A stretch of 64,000 nt of DNA from contig CAZOXU010000007.1 of NCBI GenBank assembly GCA_964583975.1, positions 11,051-75,050 of the forward strand. The letters are read 5' to 3'. How positions within the stretch are numbered: the stretch's first letter is position 1; each line of letters opens with the position of its first letter. The translations under genes and the position numbers were made by a program. This document shows positions 38,565 through 48,112 of the stretch, piece by piece. The notes under the pieces were generated by a model. That model made no database searches and was not told the origin of the DNA. It was given only the letters and a program-made list of their open reading frames with translations. The stretch is from an uncultured Planctomycetales bacterium. GTDB taxonomy: Bacteria; Omnitrophota; Gorgyraeia; Zapsychrales; Fredricksoniimonadaceae.

Positions 38565-39524
38565 TTATCCTTTTCCGCCAAAATTCTTGGCGGATCCGCC
38601 ACGTTTTGTGGCGGACAATAAATATAATAAAACTGCTTTTTGAGCATGCAGGCGATTCTCAGCCTGATCAAAAATAATTGAATGCTTACCATCAATGATA
38701 TCTGTTGTAACTTCCAATTCCCGATGAGCTGGCAGACAATGCATAAACACATAATTCTTATCTGCTAATTTAGTCAATGCGCCATTAATCTGATAGCCTT
38801 CAAATTCTTTAACTCGCTTCTTAGTCTCTGCTTCCTGCCCCATACTCACCCAAACATCAGAATAGATAATGTGAGCACCTCGCACAGCAGCTCGGGCATC
38901 GCGGCCTACTTCTATCGTGGCTCCATTTTTCTTTGCAATCGCCTGTGCTTCTTTTAAAACTGCAGGATTAGGATCATAACCCTTAGGGCCAGCAAATCGA
39001 ACATTGATTCCTACCTTGGCACAACCAACGAGCAATGAGTGAAAGACATTATTACCATCCCCCACATAGGCCAAGGTCAGCCCCTTAAATTTTCCAAAAT
39101 GCTCACGAATGGTTTGAAGGTCAGCAAGAGCCTGACACGGATGGTATAAATCACACAAAGCATTAATAACCGGCACAGCAGCATGCTGAGCTAACTCCAA
39201 GAAATCTTTATTATCAAAGACGCGAGCCACAATACAGTGCACATAACGTGATAATGTCTTAGCCACATCATGAGTGGTTTCGCGCTTACCCAGACTAATT
39301 TCATCGGGTCCCAGATAGAGGCAATATCCACCAAGCTCACTAACGCCTACGGCAAAAGAAACACGCGTACGGTTCGAAGGTTTTTGAAATACCAAGGCCA
39401 CGGATTTACCTTTCAAATCAGCTCGCACCTTACCCTTATTCTTCTTTAATTGATCTGCTAATTTAAGAAGATCGAAAATCTCTGCACTGGAGTAATCTAA
39501 TAATCGAATAAAATCTCGTTTCAT
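38565..39524 (-). CDS. argF: Ornithine carbamoyltransferase
   Basis: SNRTR carbamoyl-phosphate motif, HCLP motif, 319 aa. Confidence 0.85.
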   Translation of the reverse strand: MKRDFIRLLDYSSAEIFDLLKLADQLKKNKGKVRADLKGKSVALVFQKPSNRTRVSFAVGVSELGGYCLYLGPDEISLGKRETTHDVAKTLSRYVHCIVARVFDNKDFLELAQHAAVPVINALCDLYHPCQALADLQTIREHFGKFKGLTLAYVGDGNNVFHSLLVGCAKVGINVRFAGPKGYDPNPAVLKEAQAIAKKNGATIEVGRDARAAVRGAHIIYSDVWVSMGQEAETKKRVKEFEGYQINGALTKLADKNYVFMHCLPAHRELEVTTDIIDGKHSIIFDQAENRLHAQKAVLLYLLSATKRGGSAKNFGGKG

Positions 39525-39532
39525 ATGATCCT

Positions 39533-40741
39533 TTAAGCAGCTACCTTCACTGTTGCAGGGGCTGCAGCGTGTTCCAAAGCTTTATCCAAAATAAACATCG
39601 CTTTGTTAATTTGTGCACGAGAGACATTCAGAGCTGGCATAATACGAAGCACATTGCCTTGCGTGCAATTGATAATCAAACCGTATTCAAAACATTCCTT
39701 AAAAATATTTTCGCCTGGAACGGTAAGCTCAACGCCAATCATTAACCCTACCCCCCGGACCTCTTTAATAATTGAATGCTTTGCTTTAAGCTCATTTAAC
39801 TTTTTAACTAAATACGGCCCTATCTTTTTGACATTTGCTAAAATTTTGTCGCTGTGAATGGCTTTAATAACCCCTAAGGCTGCTTTACAAATCAATGGAC
39901 TACCAGCAAAGGTTGAACCATGCATCCCAGGCTTAAATACATCTGCCAATTCTTTTTTCACAATCATGGCCCCAATCGGCAATCCACCTCCTAAAGCTTT
40001 TGCTAAGCACATAATATCGGGTGTAATGCCGTAGTGCTTATAACAAAACATTTCACCAGTTCGTGCCATCCCTGTCTGTACTTCATCAACAATCAAAAGA
40101 ATCTTTTTGTGGTCACACAACTCTCGTAAGCCTTGTACATATTCTTTCGAGGCAATATTGATCCCACCCTCACCCTGGATCAACTCCAAATTAATAGCAA
40201 TGGTCTTATCCGTGATTGCTGCCTCGATGGCTTTAAGATCATTAAAAGGCACTGTTTTAAAACCTGGCAGTAGCGGTGCAAAACCTTTTTGATGCTTGTG
40301 CTGTCCAGTTGCTGACAAAGCCCCCATGGTACGGCCATGAAAAGAATTTTCTGTGGTGATAATTTCAAAACGTTCCCCAACTGCATAGGCACGCGCAAAC
40401 TTGATAGCCGCCTCATTAGCCTCTGCCCCGCTATTACAAAAGAAAATCTTCCCGGGGAAAGAAATACGAATCAACTCTTTAGCAAGTTTGGCTTGATGCG
40501 GGTTCATTAAATTATTAGGCACATGGATCAATTTGCCTATTTGCTCACGCACAGCTCCCATGACCTTAGGATGACAGTGTCCCAAATTACTAACGCCCCA
40601 ACCTGGAAAGAAATCTAAATACTTTTTACCATTCACATCGGTTAAGACAGAACCCTTGCCTTTGACAAAAACTGTAGGAATACGAGTGTAGGTCGTCAGA
40701 AGATAATCGTTATAGGCACTAAGAATTTCGTCAGCTTTCAT
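39533..40741 (-). CDS. argD: Acetylornithine aminotransferase
   Basis: Class III aminotransferase with DEVQTGMAR...LAKALGGG PLP-Lys region. Confidence 0.85.
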   Translation of the reverse strand: MKADEILSAYNDYLLTTYTRIPTVFVKGKGSVLTDVNGKKYLDFFPGWGVSNLGHCHPKVMGAVREQIGKLIHVPNNLMNPHQAKLAKELIRISFPGKIFFCNSGAEANEAAIKFARAYAVGERFEIITTENSFHGRTMGALSATGQHKHQKGFAPLLPGFKTVPFNDLKAIEAAITDKTIAINLELIQGEGGINIASKEYVQGLRELCDHKKILLIVDEVQTGMARTGEMFCYKHYGITPDIMCLAKALGGGLPIGAMIVKKELADVFKPGMHGSTFAGSPLICKAALGVIKAIHSDKILANVKKIGPYLVKKLNELKAKHSIIKEVRGVGLMIGVELTVPGENIFKECFEYGLIINCTQGNVLRIMPALNVSRAQINKAMFILDKALEHAAAPATVKVAA

Positions 40742-40742
40742 T

Positions 40743-41612
40743 TTAACCTTTTATGATTTGTGTCCCGACCCCTTGATCGGTAAAGAACTCTAACAATAAA
40801 GCATGTGGCATACGCGCATCAACAATGTGAGTTTTGTGAACCCCTCCACCTTTTAAAGCTTCCACACAAGAACCAACTTTAGGAATCATCCCTCCTACAA
40901 TCACACCACTTTTAATCAAATCATCGACTTCTGTTAACGTTAAAGTCGAAAATAATGTTTCTTTATCAGCAATATCCCTCATCACCCCTGGCACATCTGT
41001 CAGCAAAACTAATTTCTCTGCTTTCATCGAATTAGCAATCGCTGAAGCAACTTCATCGGCATTCACATTATGCGATTGTTTCTCAACCGTCACGCCCATG
41101 GGAGATAAAACTGTAATACGTCCCTCCTCCAAGTGTGCTTCTAAATGCTTTTTATCGACCGATGTAATTGTTCCGACATAGCCCAAATCTTTAGTCGACT
41201 TCTTCTTTTTGACAAAAATAATATTTTCTTGCCCCCTAAGACCCGTCACATCGCCTTTGAGAGCTCGGATTTCTTCTACGATCCTTAAGTTTAATTTCTC
41301 TAATTCTTCGCCTACAATCTTTAATGTCGCTTTATCAGTGACGCGAATGCCATCGACAAACTCACTTTTTAAACCCTGTTCCTTCATCCGAGCAGAAATG
41401 TGTGGCCCGCCACCATGAACAATGATGATCCGAATTCCCACGTAACTTAAAAATACAATGTCTTGAAGGACATTGTGACGGATTTTAGGATCATCCAAAA
41501 TACTGCCGCCATATTTAATCACAAATATCTTACGACGAAATTCATGAATATAGGGAATCGCTTCAATGAGTATCGATGCTTTTTTAATGACGTTTTCCAT
41601 GTTTCCTGTCAT
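40743..41612 (-). CDS. argB: Acetylglutamate kinase
   Basis: VIKYGGS and VHGGGP motifs of the AAK family. Confidence 0.9.
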   Translation of the reverse strand: MTGNMENVIKKASILIEAIPYIHEFRRKIFVIKYGGSILDDPKIRHNVLQDIVFLSYVGIRIIIVHGGGPHISARMKEQGLKSEFVDGIRVTDKATLKIVGEELEKLNLRIVEEIRALKGDVTGLRGQENIIFVKKKKSTKDLGYVGTITSVDKKHLEAHLEEGRITVLSPMGVTVEKQSHNVNADEVASAIANSMKAEKLVLLTDVPGVMRDIADKETLFSTLTLTEVDDLIKSGVIVGGMIPKVGSCVEALKGGGVHKTHIVDARMPHALLLEFFTDQGVGTQIIKG

Positions 41613-41713
41613 TCCCGAATGTTTCCTGCCTGCCGGCAGGTTATCGGGAATCTAGTTAATTGCTATTCTGGATCCTCGATTAAATTCTTCGAGGATGACC
41701 CACTTTGTGGGTC
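41611..41713. repeat. Copy B of palindromic repeat plus two further hairpins in the argJ-argB spacer
   Basis: ATTCCCGAATGTTTCCTGCCTGCCGGCAGGTTATCGGGAAT nested palindrome, then ATCCTCGA-N9-TCGAGGAT, then GACCCAC-TTT-GTGGGTC. Confidence 0.55.
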
Positions 41714-42854
41714 AATTGTATTCCCCATTGATCTTCACATAGGCATAAGAAAGGTCGCAGGTATACACCGTTGCCTTGGCCTTGCCCAATTTTAAAGCCA
41801 CATCAATGGCAATGTCTTTCTTATCAAAAGGACTAAAATTGATTTTCATCGTATGCTCATTAATACCTTTGATATCTAATGATCCAACCGCTGCTCCTAC
41901 CCGGCCCCAATTAGGATTGCTCCCAAAAGCAGCCGTCTTAACTAAAGGCGAATTCGCCACGGCTTTAGCAATCTTCTTCGCTTGAACTTCATTAGCCGCC
42001 CCTGAAACATTAATCGTCATAAATTTGGTTGCTCCCTCACCATCGAGGACAATCTTTTTAGCTAGATCCACACAAACAAACTCTAAGGCTTGGTAGAATT
42101 TCTTAAAGTCTGCTCCTTCAGCCGCAATCTTTCGATTGCCTGCCAAACCATTGGCATGGATGGTGACCATATCATTGGTACTCATACAGCCATCAACAGT
42201 AATACTATTAAACGATTTATCAGTCGCTCGTTTCAGCGCCAGCTTTAACATCTTGGAAGAAATATTCGCATCGGTTGTCACAAACCCTAGCATGGTGGCC
42301 ATATTGGGCTCGATCATTCCCGATCCCTTAGCACAAGCCCCAATCGTTACTGTTTTGCTACCTAACTTCACCGTAACGGCTAATTCTTTCAGTGCTAAAT
42401 CGGTTGTCATGATCGCCTGAGCAAACTTATTGCCCCCATGAGCTGAAAGACCTTTGACCAAGGCTGGTGCCGCAACGACAATCTTTTCATAAGGCAGCTG
42501 CTTACCAATAATGCCTGTAGAGGTTACAATCACATCAGATGTTTTAATCTTTAATAAATTGCCAATAAGCTTGGTCGAGTCTTGGGCCTTTTTTAAACCC
42601 TGTGCTCCGGTATAACAATTAGCATTACCTGAATTAACCAGGACTGCTCGGCCAACGCCTTTTTTAACATGTTTGATACTTACAACCAAAGGTGCTGCCT
42701 TGATGGAGTTAACTGTAAATACTGCTGCTGTTAAGGCTGGAACCTCGCTAACAATAAGACCTAAATCAGGCTTACCTGAACGTTTGATTCCTGAAACTAC
42801 ACCATTGGCTAAAAATCCTTTAGGGGCACAGACACCACCTTTAACCTGACTCAT
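41712..42854 (-). CDS. argJ: Bifunctional ornithine acetyltransferase / N-acetylglutamate synthase
   Basis: ATMLGF autoprocessing-site Thr motif, 380 aa. Confidence 0.9.
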   Translation of the reverse strand: MSQVKGGVCAPKGFLANGVVSGIKRSGKPDLGLIVSEVPALTAAVFTVNSIKAAPLVVSIKHVKKGVGRAVLVNSGNANCYTGAQGLKKAQDSTKLIGNLLKIKTSDVIVTSTGIIGKQLPYEKIVVAAPALVKGLSAHGGNKFAQAIMTTDLALKELAVTVKLGSKTVTIGACAKGSGMIEPNMATMLGFVTTDANISSKMLKLALKRATDKSFNSITVDGCMSTNDMVTIHANGLAGNRKIAAEGADFKKFYQALEFVCVDLAKKIVLDGEGATKFMTINVSGAANEVQAKKIAKAVANSPLVKTAAFGSNPNWGRVGAAVGSLDIKGINEHTMKINFSPFDKKDIAIDVALKLGKAKATVYTCDLSYAYVKINGEYN

Positions 42855-43882
42855 ATTAACCCCTCAATCTCATTGAACCCGCACATGATATTCATATTTT
42901 GAACAGCTTGACCGGCAGCCCCTTTAACCAAATTATCTATGGCACTGGTAATCACCACCAGCTTCTTATCCTGGCTAAGCGCTAAACCAATATCACAAAA
43001 ATTGGTGTGAGCTACATGTTTAACCTCAGGCTGGCTGCCTTCGGGATGGACACGTACAAAACTTTCCGTTTTATAAAATTTATTGTAAAGCGTATGCAAT
43101 TGAGCCAATGTCACCGACTGCTTTAATTGCACATAGATAGTATCGAGGATACCTCGATCAATGGGAAGTAAATGAGCCGCAAAATTGACCTTGATGGATG
43201 ACCCAGCCAAATTCGTTAAGGCCTGGTCGATTTCAGGCGCATGCTGATGACTCAATACCTTATAGGCTTTAAAATTTTCCGTCATTTCACTCATCAAAAG
43301 ATTAACCGAGGCCTTACGCCCTGCTCCAGAAATACCAGATTTGGCATCGATAATAATCGAAGCAATTGATTTTGACCGTGTAGCAACTAAAGGCGCTAAA
43401 CCTAAGATTGCTGCGGTAGGATAACAGCCGGGATTGGCAATCAAATTAGCCTTCTTTATTTTCTGACGATAAAGTTCTGGCAAACCATAAATAGCCTTGG
43501 CAATATTTTTGGAATCCACATGCTTATGGTTATACCAACTCTCATACGTCTTGACGTTCTTAAGTCGATAGTCTGCACTCAAATCAATGACTTTGAGTCC
43601 ACTTTTAAGCAAAGCACCTGCTACATTCATAGACTCAGTATGCGGCAAGGCCAGAAAAACCACATCACAAAACTTGGCTGCATCTTTAACTGAGAATTTC
43701 TGACACACCAAGGTTGTGCGGTTTAAGAACTCAGGCCAAATGCTAGAGACTGTGCCTGTAGTGTTTTGGGCCGCCACATAGGTAATCCGAACTTGTGGAT
43801 GATTTAGCAAAAGCGAAAAAACTTCCTTGCCTGTGTAGCCGCTTAAGCCCACCACACCGCATCGCATCATATCTGTTTTCAT
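42851..43882 (-). CDS. argC: N-acetyl-gamma-glutamyl-phosphate reductase
   Basis: GLSGYTG N-terminal motif, catalytic Cys (PGCYPTA), 343 aa. Confidence 0.9.
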   Translation of the reverse strand: MKTDMMRCGVVGLSGYTGKEVFSLLLNHPQVRITYVAAQNTTGTVSSIWPEFLNRTTLVCQKFSVKDAAKFCDVVFLALPHTESMNVAGALLKSGLKVIDLSADYRLKNVKTYESWYNHKHVDSKNIAKAIYGLPELYRQKIKKANLIANPGCYPTAAILGLAPLVATRSKSIASIIIDAKSGISGAGRKASVNLLMSEMTENFKAYKVLSHQHAPEIDQALTNLAGSSIKVNFAAHLLPIDRGILDTIYVQLKQSVTLAQLHTLYNKFYKTESFVRVHPEGSQPEVKHVAHTNFCDIGLALSQDKKLVVITSAIDNLVKGAAGQAVQNMNIMCGFNEIEGLI

Positions 43883-43921
43883 ATTCTTCTCCGTCGAAAG
43901 ATTAAATATAAATAAAAAAAC

Positions 43922-43970
43922 CTATCTCGTCAATTTGTTTTCTTTAAAAGGGAGATAGGTTTCTCTAAAA
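43922..43970 (-). terminator. Hairpin ACCTATCTC-N23-GAGATAGGT with flanking A/T runs downstream of rpsI
   Basis: 9-bp stem with a long loop. T-run on the minus strand after the stem. Confidence 0.45.
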
Positions 43971-43990
43971 CTACTGTTATGTCTATATCG

Positions 43991-44386
43991 TTAACGTTTA
44001 ACCCACTGGAATCTCTTACGTGCTCCCTTCATACCCGGCTTTTTTCTTTCTTTCATTCTGTCATCTCTAGTTAAACAGCCGGCCTTTTTGAGCACGCCTC
44101 TGGTTTGTGGATCGCAAGAAATAAGGGCACGTGAAAGTCCCATTTTGAAAGCACCTGCTTGGCCTGTAGAACCGCCACCAGTCACACTCACAGAAACGTC
44201 AAATTTTTTCTCTAAATTGGTCAATTTTAAAGGAGTCATAATGGTCAAACGGTCAGTTTCGCGAGGGAAATAATCAGCAAACCCACGTTTGTTGACAGTA
44301 ATATCCCCTTGTCCAGGAGTTAACACAACTCGAGCTACTGAGCTTTTACGACGACCTGTACCTGCGTATTTGACAACTTCAACCAT
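43991..44386 (-). CDS. rpsI: 30S ribosomal protein S9
   Basis: C-terminal ...GARKRFQWVKR typical S9 end, 131 aa. Confidence 0.95.
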   Translation of the reverse strand: MVEVVKYAGTGRRKSSVARVVLTPGQGDITVNKRGFADYFPRETDRLTIMTPLKLTNLEKKFDVSVSVTGGGSTGQAGAFKMGLSRALISCDPQTRGVLKKAGCLTRDDRMKERKKPGMKGARKRFQWVKR

Positions 44387-44405
44387 TTCTTACTTCTCCT
44401 TATGA

Positions 44406-44834
44406 TTATATTTCAACAACGATAGGTTTTTGAGCGCTATGAGGATGTTTATCTCCTGTATAGACGCGTAACTTGCCTTTTTGCTTATATCCCATAGGAC
44501 CGCTTGGAAACATACGTCCAACAGCTAACTCTAATACAGTAGCAGGACGGCGTTTGAGCATATCCCCTAACGTAGCATCCCTGTAACCACTAGGATACCC
44601 CGTATAATAATCTAATTTTTTATCATTTAATTTATTGCCTGTAACACGAACCTTGTCAGCATTAATAATGACGACTGTATCGCCACAATCAAAGAAAGGT
44701 GTGTAAATGCGCTTGTGTTTGCCACGAAGAATGGTTGCTGCTTTGGCAGCGACACGACCTAAAACCTTATCTTTAGCATCGATAAGATAACATTTTGTTT
44801 CGATTTCATTGACCTTGGGTAAATATGTTTTCAT
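44406..44834 (-). CDS. rplM: 50S ribosomal protein L13
   Basis: MKTYLPK...VIINADKV signature, 142 aa. Confidence 0.95.
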   Translation of the reverse strand: MKTYLPKVNEIETKCYLIDAKDKVLGRVAAKAATILRGKHKRIYTPFFDCGDTVVIINADKVRVTGNKLNDKKLDYYTGYPSGYRDATLGDMLKRRPATVLELAVGRMFPSGPMGYKQKGKLRVYTGDKHPHSAQKPIVVEI

Positions 44835-44868
44835 AACCTATACGCCTTTGCACTTATTTTTCGAATAA

Positions 44869-44893
44869 ATAAAAAACTTCCGTACTGCGGAAG
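44869..44893 (-). terminator. Hairpin CTTCCG-TACTG-CGGAAG with T-run, terminating the mtaB-like gene upstream of the rplM promoter region
   Basis: Seen in sequence. A6 on the plus strand corresponds to T6 following the stem on the minus strand. Confidence 0.55.
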
Positions 44894-44946
44894 GTTCTAA
44901 AATATAACATGTTTCGAAATTATGTCAATTAATTTATTTGGGAATC

Positions 44947-46233
44947 TTAAAGCTCCCCAAGCACTGTCTGGCCTTGGATTCTTTGAAGTTTAACTGGCAG
45001 GATTTGATTGTGTAAACCTTGGGTCAAAACACCCTGAACCTTTACCTTAATATAATTATCTGTGACTCCTACCCAGCAATCTTCCTTAAACTCTTCAAAT
45101 AACACTGTTTGAGTGCTTCCCAACATAGATTCATGGAACATATGGCGCTTACGATTAGACAACTCGCGCAAAACCTGACTACGTTGGCTAATGACATGCG
45201 AAGCCACGACATCCCCACGTAACCGGCTTCGAGCCATCTGCCGCTCGGAATAGCTAAACACATGAACATAATGGATCGACTCTTCCCTAATGAGGTCAAC
45301 TGTCTCATCAAATGACTTCTGCGTCTCTCCGGGAAATCCCACAATCACATCGGTCCCTATACATATCTGCGCCACCCTCTGATACGCCTGGCGAATAAAA
45401 TAAATAAATTCCTCACGCGAATATAATCGCTTCATCTCTTTTAAAACTTCATCCGAGCCACTTTGCAAAGGAATATGAAGATAGCGGCAAAGCTTATGCC
45501 CTTGACCCATATAATCAAAAATATTCAAAGGAATAGTTGTAGGTTCGATCGAAGAAATACGGATCCGCTCAAGTCCCTGCAATCCTTCGAGTGATTGCAG
45601 AACATCCATCATGGTCTTATCTTGGTTGCCATAGGTGCCGATATTGATACCTGTTAAGATCAATTCCTTGTGACCTGCTGCCACCAATGCTCTTGCTTCT
45701 AAAAGAATGTCTTCAAAAATACGGCTACGCGCCCTGCCTCGAGCGTAAGGAATTTCACAAAAACTGCAGAAGAAATCACAACCATCCTGGATCTTGATAT
45801 TCGCTCGCGTATGCTGGCGATCCACCGAATGAGTTGACTGGCTAAATGGCTGACGTTCAATGGTGGGCGTAATAACCTGAGCCTGCTCGGGCTCAGGATG
45901 CTGTTGCAGAATAGCAAGCAAATCCATCTTCTTCTCATTACCCACAATCCAACGCACATTAGGCAAGGAAGCAAGCTGCTCTTTTTGAACCTGGGCTTGG
46001 CAGCCCACAAGTGCAATACGAACATTGGGATTACGGCGGTTAGCTCTATTTACCAGGCGTCTAGTATCGGCATCGCCACCTTCAGTCACCGTACAGGTAT
46101 TAATGACCACAATATCCGATGGAGCATCCGAATCAACCACCTCAAACCCACCAGCTTCAAAAGAATTTTGAATAGATGCTGTTTCGCTTTGATTAAGCCG
46201 ACACCCCAAGGTTTGAAAAGCAATCTTAGGCAT
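44947..46233 (-). CDS. mtaB: Radical-SAM methylthiotransferase (MtaB/MiaB family, MtaB-like)
   Basis: N-terminal MTTase domain (FQTLGC...VINTCTV), CDFFCSFC radical-SAM cluster, C-terminal TRAM-like region. 428 aa. Confidence 0.65.
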   Translation of the reverse strand: MPKIAFQTLGCRLNQSETASIQNSFEAGGFEVVDSDAPSDIVVINTCTVTEGGDADTRRLVNRANRRNPNVRIALVGCQAQVQKEQLASLPNVRWIVGNEKKMDLLAILQQHPEPEQAQVITPTIERQPFSQSTHSVDRQHTRANIKIQDGCDFFCSFCEIPYARGRARSRIFEDILLEARALVAAGHKELILTGINIGTYGNQDKTMMDVLQSLEGLQGLERIRISSIEPTTIPLNIFDYMGQGHKLCRYLHIPLQSGSDEVLKEMKRLYSREEFIYFIRQAYQRVAQICIGTDVIVGFPGETQKSFDETVDLIREESIHYVHVFSYSERQMARSRLRGDVVASHVISQRSQVLRELSNRKRHMFHESMLGSTQTVLFEEFKEDCWVGVTDNYIKVKVQGVLTQGLHNQILPVKLQRIQGQTVLGEL

Positions 46234-47194
46234 TGGCTTTAAGTTCCGAGAGATGTTTAATACGTTTGAGCATGTTAGGATGAGTACTTAAAAGCTCCAT
46301 CAACTTCTCACCCTGCCCTACACGAACTTGTTTATTACGCAATCGAAAAAGCTCATTGCTATCAATAGTCCCATCTTTATCAATATCCAAATCTTTCAAA
46401 TCTTTAATTTCATTAAATGCCTGTGAAGGATCGTTAATAAAAAATGCCTTCATACCTTCAACTTCTTTCATATCAGAAGAATTGGCCATGCGCGCCGTAC
46501 CATAGACCAATTTATAAAGAGCGCTTGCTAAGGCTGCGGGTTTATTACCTAACTCGACAGATCCCTTATCAGCAAAATACTCTCGGATACGAGATCCATA
46601 CAGAACAAGTAAATTGGTAATAAAATAAAACAATAGCGCAGCAATTCCTATAAGAATAGTGTTACCACCGTTCCTATCATTGCGCCGTCCGCTAAACATA
46701 AAACTCCAGGCGATACGATACATAATCATAGGAACTACTGACAACATGGTAATAAAAAGAACATCCCGACTTTTAATATGCGTTAATTCATGCCCCAAAA
46801 CAGCTCTTAATTCTTCTTCATTTAAAAGATTCAGAATCCCTTGGCTAACACATACCCGACCATCATTAATACCTCGACCAAAGGCAAAAGCATTAGGCGC
46901 TTGATGCTGCGATATACATAAACGAGGCATGGGAATATTGCCACGGCGGCACATTTCCTCAACCATGCTAAAAAGTTTTGGATTCTGTTCACGTTTGATA
47001 TATTGGATACCCATGGTCCATTCAATAATTTTAGGACCAATCATATACTGCACCCACATCATCCCCAAAGAAATCAGGAGATAGAAATAGAAATCATACA
47101 TCCCTGCGGCAGTGCCGATGACGACCACAATCCCATAGACAATGGCAAACATAACAGCGACTAGAAGCATCATTTGTTGTTGAATCGGTAACAT
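46226..47194 (-). CDS. htpX: M48 zinc metalloprotease HtpX with C-terminal EF-hand-like Ca-binding loop
   Basis: HELTHIKSRD HExxH motif, N-terminal TM helices. C-terminal DIDKDGTIDSNE fits the 12-residue EF-hand loop consensus. Confidence 0.8.
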   Translation of the reverse strand: MLPIQQQMMLLVAVMFAIVYGIVVVIGTAAGMYDFYFYLLISLGMMWVQYMIGPKIIEWTMGIQYIKREQNPKLFSMVEEMCRRGNIPMPRLCISQHQAPNAFAFGRGINDGRVCVSQGILNLLNEEELRAVLGHELTHIKSRDVLFITMLSVVPMIMYRIAWSFMFSGRRNDRNGGNTILIGIAALLFYFITNLLVLYGSRIREYFADKGSVELGNKPAALASALYKLVYGTARMANSSDMKEVEGMKAFFINDPSQAFNEIKDLKDLDIDKDGTIDSNELFRLRNKQVRVGQGEKLMELLSTHPNMLKRIKHLSELKANA

Positions 47195-47271
47195 ATTCCA
47201 CTCCTTTTAAAATATCCATATCTATTATAAACTAAATTATCTTAAAAAACAAAATCCTACCAACAACTGAA

Positions 47272-47493
47272 TCAAATCTTACGAAACCGAGGCACTGATT
47301 GACCATTCACCAACACATTTTCTTGAAACATGTTCAATGGCCTGACCCAAAGTAAACCATCGGGAAAATCACCTTTATAAAGAGCCTTGTAAACAACCAT
47401 CAACTCCATGGTTTCAGAGTGGCGCGCCACATCCATCACTTCGTAGCGCTTCCCCTTGTAATGTTCATAAATTCCTTTTTGAATATCTGACAT
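47272..47493 (-). CDS. Small DUF1653-like protein
   Basis: 73 aa, YEHYKGKRYEV...LMVVYKALY pattern. Confidence 0.4.
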   Translation of the reverse strand: MSDIQKGIYEHYKGKRYEVMDVARHSETMELMVVYKALYKGDFPDGLLWVRPLNMFQENVLVNGQSVPRFRKI

Positions 47494-47494
47494 A

Positions 47495-48112
47495 TTACTC
47501 CGGCCTTTTCATGGACAATATTTCGCCTAAGCCTGCATAATAAGACCCACCCAAACGCGCCAAAGGATTTAAGGCTTTAGGATCAATGGTAAGCCTGCCT
47601 GCTGATTCTTGAACAATGCTATCATCGAGCCACATATGATTAACCTTACCTAAAATAATTCCCTGCTGATCTTCACCTAATTCTTGAATGCTAAACTTCT
47701 CACAAAAAAATACCACCTTAGGGCCTTTGAGTTTAGGCAAACGCTGACCTTCAACTTTCTGCAACGGAAGATGCAGCTGATCAATTTCCGAGACACCATG
47801 CGGCAAGGTAGCCGAGGATCCTGCTACATTTTTAATATTCTCAACGGAGGGAATATGGACAACAAAATCGTTACGCTCTTGAATATTCACCCAGGTATCT
47901 TTGCGCGTGACCTCATCCTTCCAGCCCACTGAAATTACAATGATCGGTGGATTGGCTGACAGTACATTGAAAAAAGAAAATGGCGCCAGATTATAGGATC
48001 CATTACCGTTGTCAGACAAAACCCAAGCAATGGGCCGAGGCACGACCGTTTGGATCAAGGTGAAATAATTCTGATTAGGATTCTGTTGGCTGCAATCAAT
48101 TAACATAACCAC
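47495..48112 (-). CDS. Flavin reductase-like (FMN-binding split barrel) protein
   Basis: RPIAWVLS...NLAPFSFFN motif, 205 aa. Confidence 0.65.
   Translation of the reverse strand: MVMLIDCSQQNPNQNYFTLIQTVVPRPIAWVLSDNGNGSYNLAPFSFFNVLSANPPIIVISVGWKDEVTRKDTWVNIQERNDFVVHIPSVENIKNVAGSSATLPHGVSEIDQLHLPLQKVEGQRLPKLKGPKVVFFCEKFSIQELGEDQQGIILGKVNHMWLDDSIVQESAGRLTIDPKALNPLARLGGSYYAGLGEILSMKRPE

Noticed and set aside
38510-38752. 80-aa ORF overlapping the argG/argF junction; also ORFs 40180-40416 and 45069-45344/45699-46025 inside argD and mtaB
   Set aside because: Same-strand alternative frames inside well-supported genes. No independent support.
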